Assembly: GCF_036971445.1 (NCBI RefSeq) | Contig: NC_091476.1 | Coordinates: 43,152,001 to 43,216,000, forward strand | Length of the DNA stretch: 64,000 bases | Direction: 5' to 3' | From: Narcine bancroftii | Lineage: Eukaryota | In this document: positions 1-10,926 of the stretch, in pieces | How the letters are laid out: each line of letters starts with the position of its first letter | Position numbering within the stretch: the stretch's first letter is position 1 | Position numbers and translations under genes: made by a program | Notes under the pieces: model-generated | The model's input: only the letters and a program-made list of their open reading frames with translations | What the model was told of the DNA's origin: nothing | Database searches by the model: none

Positions 1-849
1 ATTCCAACAAATACTAGCCAGAGTTGTCAAATGCTCCTCATCTTTCCCGGAATCATCCTTGCGAACCTCCTCTGGACCCTCTTCAACATCAGCACATCCT
101 TTCTTAAATGAGGAACCAAAAACTATTCACAATACTCCATGTGAGGTCTCACCAGTGCCTCAGAGCCTCAACATCACACCCCTGCTCTTATATTCTATTC
201 CTCTTGAAACGATTGCCAGCATTGCATTGGAACCAGTGAGTCTTTAAAGGAGCTATCAGGTCATCCAGATCCTCCTTAATTTACTGAGGGAGTAAGGGCA
301 GAAAATCTCTGCTCAGATACAGAGTTTGTCATGACCTTATTCCTTGGGGAAGCAGAGACGAAGAGCTGAATGCTCTCCTCCTGCTTCTATTTAAAATGTT
401 CTTATTGTTACCTTTTGTTCTCTGTTATCCCTGAATAATTTTCTTTTTGAATTTTGAAATGCAATTTGTGTTTATTTAAGTTCATTTTTGTTTAATTGAT
501 CCTCTTTTTATATGTTCAATATATTTTCTAAAGGACAGAAGAAAAAAAATAAAGCATTATTATGCTTTTAAAATTGCCAAACAAAACATATAATGGAAGT
601 TAATAATGCTCAAACAGATTCATAGAATCTCTAAAACTAGATTATGGGCTGTTAATGGAATTTGTTAGACAGAGAAAAGAAGTCTTGTGCATTAAGTGCA
701 AATATAATTAGAGTGATTTCAATGTGCAAAATTTCATCAGAAGTAGCTCATTAGGAAAAAAATTTAGAATCTGTTTTTGTGTCAGGATATTCCTTCATCC
801 CTGGAAAAGGAAAACATTAAGTAACCATTAACTTGAGCCATGCATCTTG

Positions 850-1386
850 GTGTGCCTGATCATCTATTACTGTGATGAAGGAGAGTCCTTGTTCGGAGGC
901 TGGGAGTAGATGGGTCCCACCCATTGTCACTGGCCAAGCAGATTGAGAGACTCAATGCTAGGATGGCTGTTCTGCAAAGAGACACCAGCATTGCTTCAAC
1001 AATTATCCCAGTGGATGTGGAGCGCTTTATGGAGACGGTAATGATGGAAACACAACATGGTGTCATCACTGAAAGAAGTCACCTGTCCATTGTCCAGGAA
1101 AGCTCTCTATCTGAACAACACACCATCTACAGACCCCTGGCCCCTTCACCATAGATTCTGCTGAGAAAATTCAGCACGTGGCCAATGTCCCAATGTCTAC
1201 AGTTCCCCCGCAGAAATTATCCTGTCTGGCTACATCACTACATCGGCTAGGAACTGTTCTGTCCAAGACTGCAGAATTATGGGCATGGCTCAGACCGTCA
1301 CTCACACACATGCCCTTCCCCTCCATTGCCTCCATCAGTACCTCCCGCTATCTTGAAAAAGCAGCTGACATTAAAAGATTCATCCC
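850..1386 (+). mobile_element. Decayed Rex1/Babar-like LINE fragment hosting the L1 (continues at 7437-7465)
   Basis: The joined flanks ...CCCTCCATTG...AAAAGATTCATCCCACCCCAACCATATCTTTTCACC resemble the uninterrupted Rex-like copy at ~40050-40160. Confidence 0.65.
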
Positions 1387-1394
1387 GGAGAGGA

Positions 1395-1737
1395 GTCACG
1401 TGATGGAGTAGTGGCCGGACGGTGAACTCCAGCCCTCTCCAGAAAAGTCGGGAAAAACAAGAGAAAATACAAAGGCACAGAAATACAAGTTAAAGAAAAG
1501 TGAGTATAAAGGTGGAAAGAAGATGGAGACAAAAGGAGAAAAATCAAAATCAACGGAAAGAAGAGAGGAAGAGAAGACAACGGAGGAAAAAGGTGAAGGC
1601 CTTACCTGTCCGAAGAAGCCCGCTGTGGAGAGAAGACCCCACTACCTCAGGTCGGTAGAAAGAGAACTACAACAATGGCTCACAGAGCCGAGTAAAAATG
1701 CGCAACCGCGCATGCGCGACTCCTCGCGCATGCGCGA
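1395..1737 (+). promoter_or_regulatory. Putative internal L1 promoter (E-box and twin NRF1-type palindromes)
   Basis: GTCACGTGA at 1395-1403, CGCGCATGCGCG at 1707-1718 and TCGCGCATGCGCGA at 1724-1737. Locally CpG-rich against a CpG-poor background. Function is inferred from motif match only. Confidence 0.5.
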
Positions 1738-2752
1738 TGCGCATACAAAAAAACACACCGACGGGAGGGGGGACCAGCTGGGGAGTCGATCTCCACAGCC
1801 GGCAACGACAGCTGCAGAACACCTGCAGCAAGAAGAGACCACAGAAGACAATAGAAACAAGAAAGAAGAGGAGGAAAGGGCAGCAAAGAAACAACAGATG
1901 GTCAACCTAGAGGAAGAAGAAGAGGAAGAGGAAGAGTACAGGGAAATAGAAGAAGAAAAGATAGGCAAGGTAAAGGAGGTACTTGCTCTTGTTAGAGGAT
2001 ACATGGAGTCATTTAAAGAATGGCAAACACAGGAATTCAATGATTTAAGAAGAAGAATAAACAACACAGAAAAGAAAATAAATAAAATGGATATGACCTT
2101 AACAGAAATGGGGAAAAAAATGGACAAGATGGAAGAACGGGCAATAGCAGCAGAAATGGAGGTAGAAGACTTAAAAAAGAAATTGGAGGAATCTAATAAA
2201 AAAACTAAAGAGACACAAGAATTACTAGCCCAAAAAATAGATATAATGGAAAATTATAACAGAAGAAATAACATAAAGATAGTGGGCCTCAAGGAAGATG
2301 TAGAAGGCAAGAATATGAGGGAGTTTATAAAAGAATGGATCCCTAAGGCCCTAGGATGTCCAGAACTACAGCAAGAAATGGAAATAGAAAGGGCACATAG
2401 AGCATTGGCCCCTAAACCACAACCACAACAAAAACCAAGATCTATTGTAGTAAAATTCCTAAGATATACTACAAGAGAAAAGGTACTGGAGAAGACAATG
2501 GAAAAAGTAAGAGAGGGCAACAAACCACTGGAGTATAAAGGGCAAAAAATCTTCATTTATCCAGATATAAGCTTTGAACTCCTAAAGAAGAGAAAAGAGT
2601 TCAATGCAGCAAAAGCGATTTTATGGAAGAAAGGATATAAATTTACACTGAAGCATCCTGCGGTATTGAAAATATTTATCCCAGGACAACAAAACAGACT
2701 ACTCTCGGATCCAGAAGAAGCACGAAAATTTGCAGAACAATTACAAAAATAG
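1523..2752 (+). CDS. L1 ORF1p (coiled coil + RRM + C-terminal domain nucleic-acid chaperone)
   Basis: 409-aa ORF with a heptad-rich coiled coil, then ENYNRRNNIKIVGLKE, IERAHR, PRSIVVKF and IFIYPDIS motifs typical of vertebrate L1 ORF1p. An in-frame ATG at 1898 is an alternative start. Confidence 0.92.
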   Translation: METKGEKSKSTERREEEKTTEEKGEGLTCPKKPAVERRPHYLRSVERELQQWLTEPSKNAQPRMRDSSRMRDAHTKKHTDGRGDQLGSRSPQPATTAAEHLQQEETTEDNRNKKEEEERAAKKQQMVNLEEEEEEEEEYREIEEEKIGKVKEVLALVRGYMESFKEWQTQEFNDLRRRINNTEKKINKMDMTLTEMGKKMDKMEERAIAAEMEVEDLKKKLEESNKKTKETQELLAQKIDIMENYNRRNNIKIVGLKEDVEGKNMREFIKEWIPKALGCPELQQEMEIERAHRALAPKPQPQQKPRSIVVKFLRYTTREKVLEKTMEKVREGNKPLEYKGQKIFIYPDISFELLKKRKEFNAAKAILWKKGYKFTLKHPAVLKIFIPGQQNRLLSDPEEARKFAEQLQK

Positions 2753-2892
2753 ACTGAGGGATGAAGACGGGTAATGAGAGCAAAAATTATCACGATTGAT
2801 ATGTATGTGGGTAAAGACAAAAATAGACTGAGGGATGAAGACGGGTAAGGAGGGTAAAAATGACCACGATTGATATGTATGCGGGTAAAGAG
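2745..2892 (+). repeat. Two-copy 74-bp tandem duplication at the ORF1 stop / inter-ORF spacer
   Basis: AAAAATAGACTGAGGGATGAAGACGGGTAA...CACGATTGATATGTATG.GGGTAAAGA is repeated with a 74-nt period (AGACTG at 2751 and 2825). Confidence 0.9.
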
Positions 2893-3352
2893 GTATAAGA
2901 GTGAATAGAGACAATGGGCATATGTGAAAGTATCTGTAATTAGAGGAAAACATAGAAAGTATAGACAAGAATTAACAAGGGAAGGTAATGGAATAGAGAG
3001 AATAAGGAGGGAACTAAAAGAGTGACCTTTGTGACATATAAAAAACGAAATCTTTTCTGGGGGGGGCTGGGTGGGGGGAAAAGAGCGGTCACTGCAAAAT
3101 CAGTTGACGCTTGCGAGTGGATTCGCAAATCCAAATGGAGAGGGGAGATGTGGTTGTCCGACAAGGGATAAAGGGCAACTCAGGAGGGGAAGGGGAGATT
3201 GGGGATAAAGAAGATAGAAATAGGAGAATAAGGAAAATGTTGGATGTTGTAGGAATGTTGTCTGGTAAAGAGTTGAAAATAAGAAAACAGAAATGGAAAA
3301 GGAGGAAAGGTAATGATGGAAAAACGGAAAGAGAAGATAAACAAAATATAAA

Positions 3353-6300
3353 ATGGCTACGCTGAACTATATGACTCTAAATATTAATGGAATACATAAC
3401 CAAATTAAAAGGAAGAAACTACTAAATTTACTGAAAAAGGAAAAAATAGATATAGCATTTGTCCAAGAAACACATTTAACTGAATTGGAGCACAAGAAAT
3501 TAAAGAGAGATTGGGTAGGACATGTAACAGCAGCATCGTATAATTCAAAAGCAAGAGGAGTGGCTATATTAATTAGCAAAAATGTGCCATTTAAAATAGA
3601 AGAGGAAATAATAGATCCAGCAGGGAGATATGTTATGATAAAATGTCAGATATATTCAGAGCTTTGGAATCTACTTAATATATATTCACCTAACGAAGAA
3701 GATCAAAAGTTTATGCAAGATATCTTTTTGAAGGTAGCTAATACGCAAGGGAACATACTAATAGGAGGGGATTTCAATCTGAATTTGGATCCAAATATGG
3801 ATAAAACGGGGAAAAAAATTAACAGGAAGAACAAAGTAACCAAATTTATAAATAAATCAATGCAAGAAATGAAACTTGTGGACATATGGAGGAAACAAAA
3901 CCCAAAAGAAAAGGAATACTCATACTACTCGACTAGACATAAAACATACTCAAGGATAGACCTATTCCTGTTATCAGCCCACATACAAGGGAGAGTTAGG
4001 AAAACGGAATATAAAGCTAGACTATTATCGGACCACTCACCCCTGTTATTGGCAATAGAGCTAGAAGACATCCCTCCAAGAATGTATAGATGGAGATTAA
4101 ACCCCATGCTACTTAAAAGACAGGATTTTAGAGAATTTATTGAAAAACAATTAAAAATGTACTTTGAAGTAAATACGGAATCAGTGGAAGATAAGTTTAT
4201 ACTATGGGACGCAATGAAAGCATTCATTAGAGGGCAAATAATAAGTTATGCAACCAAGATGAAGAAGGACTATAATCAGGAAACAGAGCAGTTGGAAAGG
4301 GAAATAATAAACATAGAAAAAAAATTAGCAATAAAGGAAGATACAACCAAAAGAAGAGAATTGGCGGATAAAAAAATAAAATATGAAACATTACAAACAT
4401 ATAAGGTGGAGAAGAATATAATGAAGACAAAACAGAAATATTATGAACTAGGGGAAAAAACACACAAAATCCTAGCATGGCAGCTTAAGACAGAGCAAAC
4501 TAAGAAAATGGTATTGGCAACAAGGAAAAAAGACAAACAAATTACATATAATCCAAAAGAAATTAAGGAAAACTTCAGAGAATTCTATGAACAATTATAC
4601 CGAACCGAAAACGAAGGGAAAGAAGGGAAAATAGATGAATTTTTGACTAAAATTGAACTACCAAAACTACAAATAGAGGAACAAAATAAATTAACAGAAC
4701 CATTTGGAACAGTAGAAATACAAGAGATAATAAAAAATTTACCAAATAATAAGACACCAGGAGAGGATGGACTCCCAATAGAATTCTACAAAACATTTAA
4801 AGACCTAATAATACCGCCCCTCCTGGATGTAATCAACCAGATTGATGAGACACAAAACTTACCAGATTCATGTAAAACAGCAATAATTACAGTGATACTA
4901 AAACAAGGGAAAGATCCACTCTCACCAGCGTCATATAGACCAATATCTTTGCTAAACACAGATTATAAGATAATAGCTAAACTATTAGCGAACAGATTAG
5001 CAGAACAGGTACCGAAAATGGTAAATTTAGACCAAACTGGATTTATCAAAAAAAGACGCACAACAGACAATATTTGTAAATTTATTAACTTAATTCATGC
5101 AGTAGAAGGAAATAAAGCACCGGCAGTAGCAGTTGCTCTAGACGCAGAGAAGGCCTTCGACAGAGTAGAATGGAATTACTTGTTCAAAGTATTGCAAAAA
5201 TTCAGTTTACCAGAGAAGTATATTAATTGGATTAAAGCATTATATAAGGGACCGTTAGCGAAAGTGACAGTAAATGGACATGTATCAAAGCAATTTAACT
5301 TAAGCAGGTCAACGCGGCAGGGATGCCCACTATCACCATTATTGTTTGCGCTAGCTATAGAACCACTAGCAGAATCGATAAGAAGAGATAATAATATAAA
5401 AGGAATAAAAATAAAAGACAGGGAATATAAAATCAGTCTGTTTGCGGATGATGTGATAGTGTACTTAACAGAACCAGAACTAGCAATAAAAGAACTATAT
5501 AAGAAATTGAAGGAATATGGAGAAGTGTCGGGATACAAGATAAACGTAAATAAAAGTGAAGCAATGCCTATGAATAACGCGGATTTCTCAAAATTTAAGG
5601 AGGAATCCCCATTCAGATGGCAAACGCAGGCAATAAGATACCTAGGTGTGCAAATAAACAAAAATCTAGGCCAATTATATAAACTCAATTACAATCCACT
5701 AATGAAAAAATTACAGGACGATTTAGAGCATTGGAAAGAGCTACCACTAACACTGATAGGAAGGATAAACTGTATTAAAATGAACATTTTTCCAAGGATA
5801 CTATACTTATTTCAGGCATTGCCAATACAACTGACAGAAAAATTCTTCAAAGAGTTAAAGAAAATAATAAGGAGATTTTTATGGAGAGGGGGGAAACCGA
5901 GGATAGCACTAGACAAATTAACAGAATGGTATAAACAAGGAGGCTTACAATTGCCAAACTTCAAAAATTATTATCGAGCCGCACAATTAAGGTACCTATC
6001 AGATTTTTATCAAACAAGGGAAAAACCAGACTGGACGAGACTAGAATTAGATAAAATAGGGGAAAAGATACCTGAACACATATTATATAAATGGGACGAA
6101 AAATTGGTACAACATAGAACTTCTCCAGTATTACACCATCTCCTCAATATATGGAAGAAGATTCATGTAGAAAGAAATAAAATAAATTACCAAATACCAA
6201 AACTAATATTGACGCAAAATAAGCTACTCCCTTTTACAATAGACAACCTTGCCTTTAGAAAATGGGAAAAAAAAGGGATTAAAAGAATAGAAAATTGTTT

Positions 6301-7150
6301 TTCAGGAAGTAGATTCTTATCCTTTGAACAAATGAGAGATAAGTACAATATAACGGGAGATACAGCGCTGGCATATTACCAACTGAGATCCTACTTGAAA
6401 GATAAATTAGGAAGCAACTTGAGTTTACCAGAGGGAAGTAACCTTGAATATGTGATTACAGATACAATGTTAATCAAAAGATTTATAAAAAATATGTATA
6501 TTAAACTGCAAGAAAAGGAAAATGAGGAAACAAATGGTAAAACTAAACAAAAATGGGAACAAGATTTAAATATAAAGATAAAAAAGGAAACATGGGAGAA
6601 GTTATGCTCTGGAACGATGAGAAATACAATAAATACGAGGCTGCGTATGATACAATATAATTGGTTACACAGACTATACATTACACCGCAAAAGTTAAAT
6701 AAATGGGACCCAACAGTATCTGATAGATGTTTTCGATGTAAAAAAGAAAGGGGAACAACAATTCATGCAATCTGGACATGTGAGAGAGTAGAAAAATTTT
6801 GGGATGATCTCAATCAGATATTAAATAAAATAACAGAAAACAATATACCAAAGAATCCAGAGATCTTTCTCTTAAGTAACATAAAAAATAAAGAATTTGG
6901 AATTGACTTGGAGGATGCACAAAAAAGATTTGTTAAGATAGCCCTAGCTGTAGCAAAAAAATGTATTATGTCAACCTGGAAATTGGAAGATAATTTGAAA
7001 ATACAACAATGGTATATAGAAATGAATAAATGTATTCCATTAGAAAAAATAACATATAGTTTAAGAAATAATATTGAAATATTCGAACAAGTATGGGAGC
7101 CTTACATTAAATACAATAGCGAAAACCTACCGGGAACAAACATTACCTAA
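3353..7150 (+). CDS. L1 ORF2p (APE endonuclease, reverse transcriptase, C-terminal CCHC)
   Basis: 1265 aa without interruption. APE motifs TLNING, VQETH, GGDFN, SRID, SDHSP. RT motifs YRPISLLN, LDAEKAFD, RQGCPLSP, LFADD, YLGV. CCHC motif CFRCKKERGTTIHAIWTC. Confidence 0.97.
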   Translation: MATLNYMTLNINGIHNQIKRKKLLNLLKKEKIDIAFVQETHLTELEHKKLKRDWVGHVTAASYNSKARGVAILISKNVPFKIEEEIIDPAGRYVMIKCQIYSELWNLLNIYSPNEEDQKFMQDIFLKVANTQGNILIGGDFNLNLDPNMDKTGKKINRKNKVTKFINKSMQEMKLVDIWRKQNPKEKEYSYYSTRHKTYSRIDLFLLSAHIQGRVRKTEYKARLLSDHSPLLLAIELEDIPPRMYRWRLNPMLLKRQDFREFIEKQLKMYFEVNTESVEDKFILWDAMKAFIRGQIISYATKMKKDYNQETEQLEREIINIEKKLAIKEDTTKRRELADKKIKYETLQTYKVEKNIMKTKQKYYELGEKTHKILAWQLKTEQTKKMVLATRKKDKQITYNPKEIKENFREFYEQLYRTENEGKEGKIDEFLTKIELPKLQIEEQNKLTEPFGTVEIQEIIKNLPNNKTPGEDGLPIEFYKTFKDLIIPPLLDVINQIDETQNLPDSCKTAIITVILKQGKDPLSPASYRPISLLNTDYKIIAKLLANRLAEQVPKMVNLDQTGFIKKRRTTDNICKFINLIHAVEGNKAPAVAVALDAEKAFDRVEWNYLFKVLQKFSLPEKYINWIKALYKGPLAKVTVNGHVSKQFNLSRSTRQGCPLSPLLFALAIEPLAESIRRDNNIKGIKIKDREYKISLFADDVIVYLTEPELAIKELYKKLKEYGEVSGYKINVNKSEAMPMNNADFSKFKEESPFRWQTQAIRYLGVQINKNLGQLYKLNYNPLMKKLQDDLEHWKELPLTLIGRINCIKMNIFPRILYLFQALPIQLTEKFFKELKKIIRRFLWRGGKPRIALDKLTEWYKQGGLQLPNFKNYYRAAQLRYLSDFYQTREKPDWTRLELDKIGEKIPEHILYKWDEKLVQHRTSPVLHHLLNIWKKIHVERNKINYQIPKLILTQNKLLPFTIDNLAFRKWEKKGIKRIENCFSGSRFLSFEQMRDKYNITGDTALAYYQLRSYLKDKLGSNLSLPEGSNLEYVITDTMLIKRFIKNMYIKLQEKENEETNGKTKQKWEQDLNIKIKKETWEKLCSGTMRNTINTRLRMIQYNWLHRLYITPQKLNKWDPTVSDRCFRCKKERGTTIHAIWTCERVEKFWDDLNQILNKITENNIPKNPEIFLLSNIKNKEFGIDLEDAQKRFVKIALAVAKKCIMSTWKLEDNLKIQQWYIEMNKCIPLEKITYSLRNNIEIFEQVWEPYIKYNSENLPGTNIT

Positions 7151-7469
7151 GTTGATGGAAGGAGAAGAGAAGAAAAGAATGGACTCAGTAGAATTTCTGG
7201 TGTATTTTTGTTGAATGACAACATTGTCTAACTGAATTAATGCAACCTAGATTGTATAACTAAAATGGATGAGAGGGGGGGGGGGGGTGGGGGGGTGGCT
7301 TGGGAGGAGGGAGGGGGGAGGGAGAAAAAGTCACTGTAAATGTGTGGAAAAGAAAAAGTGTATATCATGGCTATTGTGATTTATGGTGTGAAAAATAAAA
7401 AATTTTAAAAAAAAAAAAAAAAAAAAGATTCATCCCACCCCAACCATATCTTTTCACCTCTCAAAGCAT

Positions 7470-9130
7470 TTCCTCACAGTAGCTGTGAGTGTTACTGGGT
7501 GATAGTCATTGAGGCAGCTCACACAGCTCTTCCTGGGCTCCTGGATGATTGATGCCTTTTTGAAGCAGCTGGGAAGCTCTGACTGGAGCAATGAGAAGTT
7601 AAAAAATACCCATGAATACTCTGGGTAATTAGTTGGTGCAGATTTTCAGTATGCCATCAGGGCCTGAAACTTTGTGAGGGTTCACCCTCATGTATGATGT
7701 TCTGTCATCAGCCTCAAAAACAGATATCACAGGATCTTCAGCCTTTGCAAGGATTCTCATAGGCACTGTTGAGTTCTCCTTCTCAAAGCGGCCATAGAAG
7801 GTGGTCACCTCATCTGTTAGTGATGTATCACAGCCAGCTATGGTGTTTGCCCTCGCTTTGTAGGCTGCAATGGCCTGAACTCCCTGCCATAGATGATGTG
7901 TATCAGTCTCTGTCTCTAGCTTCATCCGGAATAGCCACTGTGTTTCAAAGATGACCTTCTTCAGGTCGTACCTGGACTTTTTTGTAGAGATCTGGATCCA
8001 AGGCCTTAAACACCCTTGATCACGCAGGTTGAGAATCTGATTCATCCAAGGCTTCTGGTTGGGGAACACCTGCTACATGCACAAGGGCATTCACTCGTCC
8101 ATGCAGGTCTTGATGAAGTTGGTGACACATGTTGCATGTTCATCAAATCTAAGTATGAATTCTTGAATATGGTTCAGTCCACCGATAAAAACAATCCTGC
8201 AGATGTTCTGCCGCTTCCTTTGACCACACTTTCGCCAACTTCACCACTGATGCTGCGATCCTCAGTCTCAGCTTGTATGCTGAGTGTAGTAGTACAGCCC
8301 GACGATCAGACTTGCTGAAGTGTACTCGTGGTATGGCCCTGAAGGCATTCTTCATGGTGGTGTAGAAATGGTCGAGTGACTTGGGTCCTCAGGTCTCGCA
8401 TGTGACTTGTTGGTGGTAGTTGGTTAGAGTCACCTTCAGGTTGGCCTGGTTGAACTCCCCTACAATGATCGGGAAGGCATCAGGATGTGCTGCCTCGTGG
8501 CTGTTAATCACAGTGCTCAGCCAGTGCCAGTCTGATGTTAGCCTGGGGCAGAATGTACACTGAGACTAGGATGATGGCGGTGCATTCCCTCAGCAGGTAG
8601 AATGGGTGGCACTTCTCCCGGTTTTCCCTGATGCCAGTGACCAGTCAGCATGGAGGAGGGTTATACCGCCGTGTCTTGTTTAACAAGTTTCTGTGAAGCA
8701 CATAACACGGCACTCCCTGATGTCTCTCTGGTGTTATAATCAGACTCGAAGTTCGTTGAATTTGTTCTCCAAGTATTGGATATCGACCAGGAGGATGGTA
8801 GAGAGTGGAAGCCATAGGGCCCAGAATATTAGCTTAACCCGTAGCACTCCACTCCCACATCCACGTGGTCGGGACTTCTTTAAACGATCAGTCGGCCGGC
8901 TGCTGGTACCTCCTACGATATTTAAATGGTCCATGCGATGCATATTTAAATCTCCCATGATGTTTAAATGGACTGAGTGTCTGCTGCCTGTGACTCCCGC
9001 AAAGTTTAAATGACCCGTTCGCTGGTTGTTTGAAACTCCCACGGTGTTTAACTTGCCTCAGCAACGGCTATTAAAAGGTCCTGCGGTCTGACGGGGACTG
9101 CCGTTTCTGCCAGTTACAAGGTGTGTTAGC
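7470..9130 (-). mobile_element. Rex1/Babar-like LINE, 5' part (endonuclease to RT linker), pseudogenised
   Basis: Minus-strand ORF remnants such as FPNQKPWMN, NPHKVSGPDG, AIPRVHFSKSD and LENKFNELR, broken by stops and frameshifts. Confidence 0.75.
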
Positions 9131-9244
9131 GATCTTAGGACATACTTATTGACAGGTAAATTTGGTTCCACGATGCTGGATGGGAATAGTTCGAATGGAA
9201 ATGTTGCCTTTGACATTCCCCATAACTTTCATGTATTTTCTTCC

Positions 9245-9850
9245 AATCAGGATCAGGATAAACAAGTCATGAAATTTGCTGTTTTTTTTACTGCAGCATC
9301 ATAGTGTAAACATTCATATTCTAACCATCTTATGACATTATTATAAAAATAAAATATAATAATAACAATAATATGCAGGAAAAGTGGGGCCGTGTCTTTG
9401 GTTCAATGATCATTCAGGAATCTGATGGCAGCAGGAAGAAGCGGTCCTTGGGCCGCTGAGTGCTCATCTTTAGGGTCCTGTACCTTTTCCCTGAAGGTAG
9501 CAGAGTGAAGAGAGCCTGGCCTTGGTGATGGGGGTCTTTGAGGATAGAGGCTGCTTTTTTTTTTAAAAAAACACACTCCCTCATGTGGATGTCCTCGATG
9601 GGATGAAGTCTGGTGCCTGTAATGTCACAGGCCGAATTAACAGCCTTCTGGAGTTTATTTTTGTCCTGAGAGTTGATGCCTTCATCTTATGTCATCTTAT
9701 GACATTATAACCAGCCAGAATGCTCTCCACGGTACACCTGTAGAAGTTTACGAGAGTCTTCGGTGACATAACGAACATCCTTAGACACCTCACAAAGTAT
9801 AGTCACTACCGAGCCTTCTTGGTGATTGGATCCAGGACAAATCATCGGAG
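9245..9850 (-). mobile_element. Rex1/Babar-like LINE 3' fragment
   Basis: Reverse complement resembles the plus-strand Rex-like 3' ends elsewhere in the window; short ATCAGG-repeat tail. Confidence 0.65.
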
Positions 9851-10179
9851 GTTACCATTTTAAATGATATTAATTAGAACCATAGAAACTATCTTTGTTT
9901 GTAAAATTCCCTCCCCTACCCCTTGTCTACCGTAATGTTCCATTGACACTACTGAGTGATTAGATGGCATAAAATTGCAGATGTATTGGCCAAATATGTT
10001 AATCTTGGTCAGTAAAACAATAACATAATAAGACAAATTGTGCAGACAGAGTAACTAATAGCACAGTAATTTTTTATTTCAAGTGCCAGACCTTGAATTA
10101 TCTTCTGGAAATTAAAACTGAACATGAGTAAAATCTGAAATTAAAAATGGAAACCACTGTTAAGCAGGACAGGCCTCAC

Positions 10180-10926
10180 ACAAAAGTGGTGACAAAACTC
10201 AGCAGGTCACACAGCATCTATCAGAAGTAAAGAATGACCAACATTTCAGGCCTGAACCCTTCGTCAAGTTATGAACATAAATCAGGCAGGTGTCTGTATA
10301 AAAAGGTGGGGTGAGGAGGGAAGAAGGGGTGGGGGAGGAGCACTTGCCAACAGAGGTCATAGGTGTCACTGATGAACATGGGTGGAAGTGCAGAAGAGGA
10401 AAAAGCTGAAGTGATGGGGGAGGGGGCAGCTCTCTGAATGGAGAGGGAAGGGGTTGGGGACTTGAAGTAAAGGAGACTGAGGGATAGGGTAAGAGAGACT
10501 CAGGGAAGGGGTTTAACAGAAACTGGAGGTTGATGTTAATGCCACCTGGTTGGAGAGTGCCCAGTCAGAATATTAAGTGTTGTCCCTCCATTTTGCAGGC
10601 AGCCTTGATTTGGCAGTGCCTGAGGTCATGGACAGACATATCAGTGTGGGAATGGTGTGTGGATTTGTAATAGTTGGAAGGTTCCCATTATTGCAGCAGA
10701 CTGAGTGAAGGTGCTCAATGAAACAATATCCCAGTCTGCGTCTAGACTCTCCGATGGCTACAACGGAGCCTGTCTGATTTTTTTGCTCATCTTTTGACGA
10801 AGGGCTCAGGCCTAAAACATTGGTTATGTATCATTGCTGCATAAATAAACTGCGTGACCTGCTGAGTTTATCCAGCACATTTGTATTTTGCACTACAATC
10901 TGCAGACTTTCCTGTTAAACACAAAT
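10180..10926 (-). mobile_element. Penelope-like element (Neptune-type) remnant with inverted termini
   Basis: Minus strand encodes KMEGQHLIF*LGTLQPGGINI, the C-terminus of a GIY-YIG endonuclease. Inverted terminal arms at ~10180-10293 and ~10768-10890. 10-bp direct repeat CAGGCCTCAC at 10170-10179 and 10927-10936. Confidence 0.8.

Larger units (their letters stand above)
1387..7422 (+). mobile_element. Full-length, apparently intact L1-clade non-LTR retrotransposon
   Basis: Two long open ORFs, G-rich 3' UTR, AATAAA and poly(A) at 7407-7422. Perfect 14-bp TSD AAAAGATTCATCCC at 1373-1386 and 7423-7436. The pre-insertion site reads TT/AAAA, the L1 endonuclease consensus. Confidence 0.97.

Noticed and set aside
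1642-2127. 161-aa antisense ORF as an L1 ORF0 analogue
   Set aside because: Ser/Leu/Phe-rich shadow of the purine-rich ORF1 strand, with no independent support.
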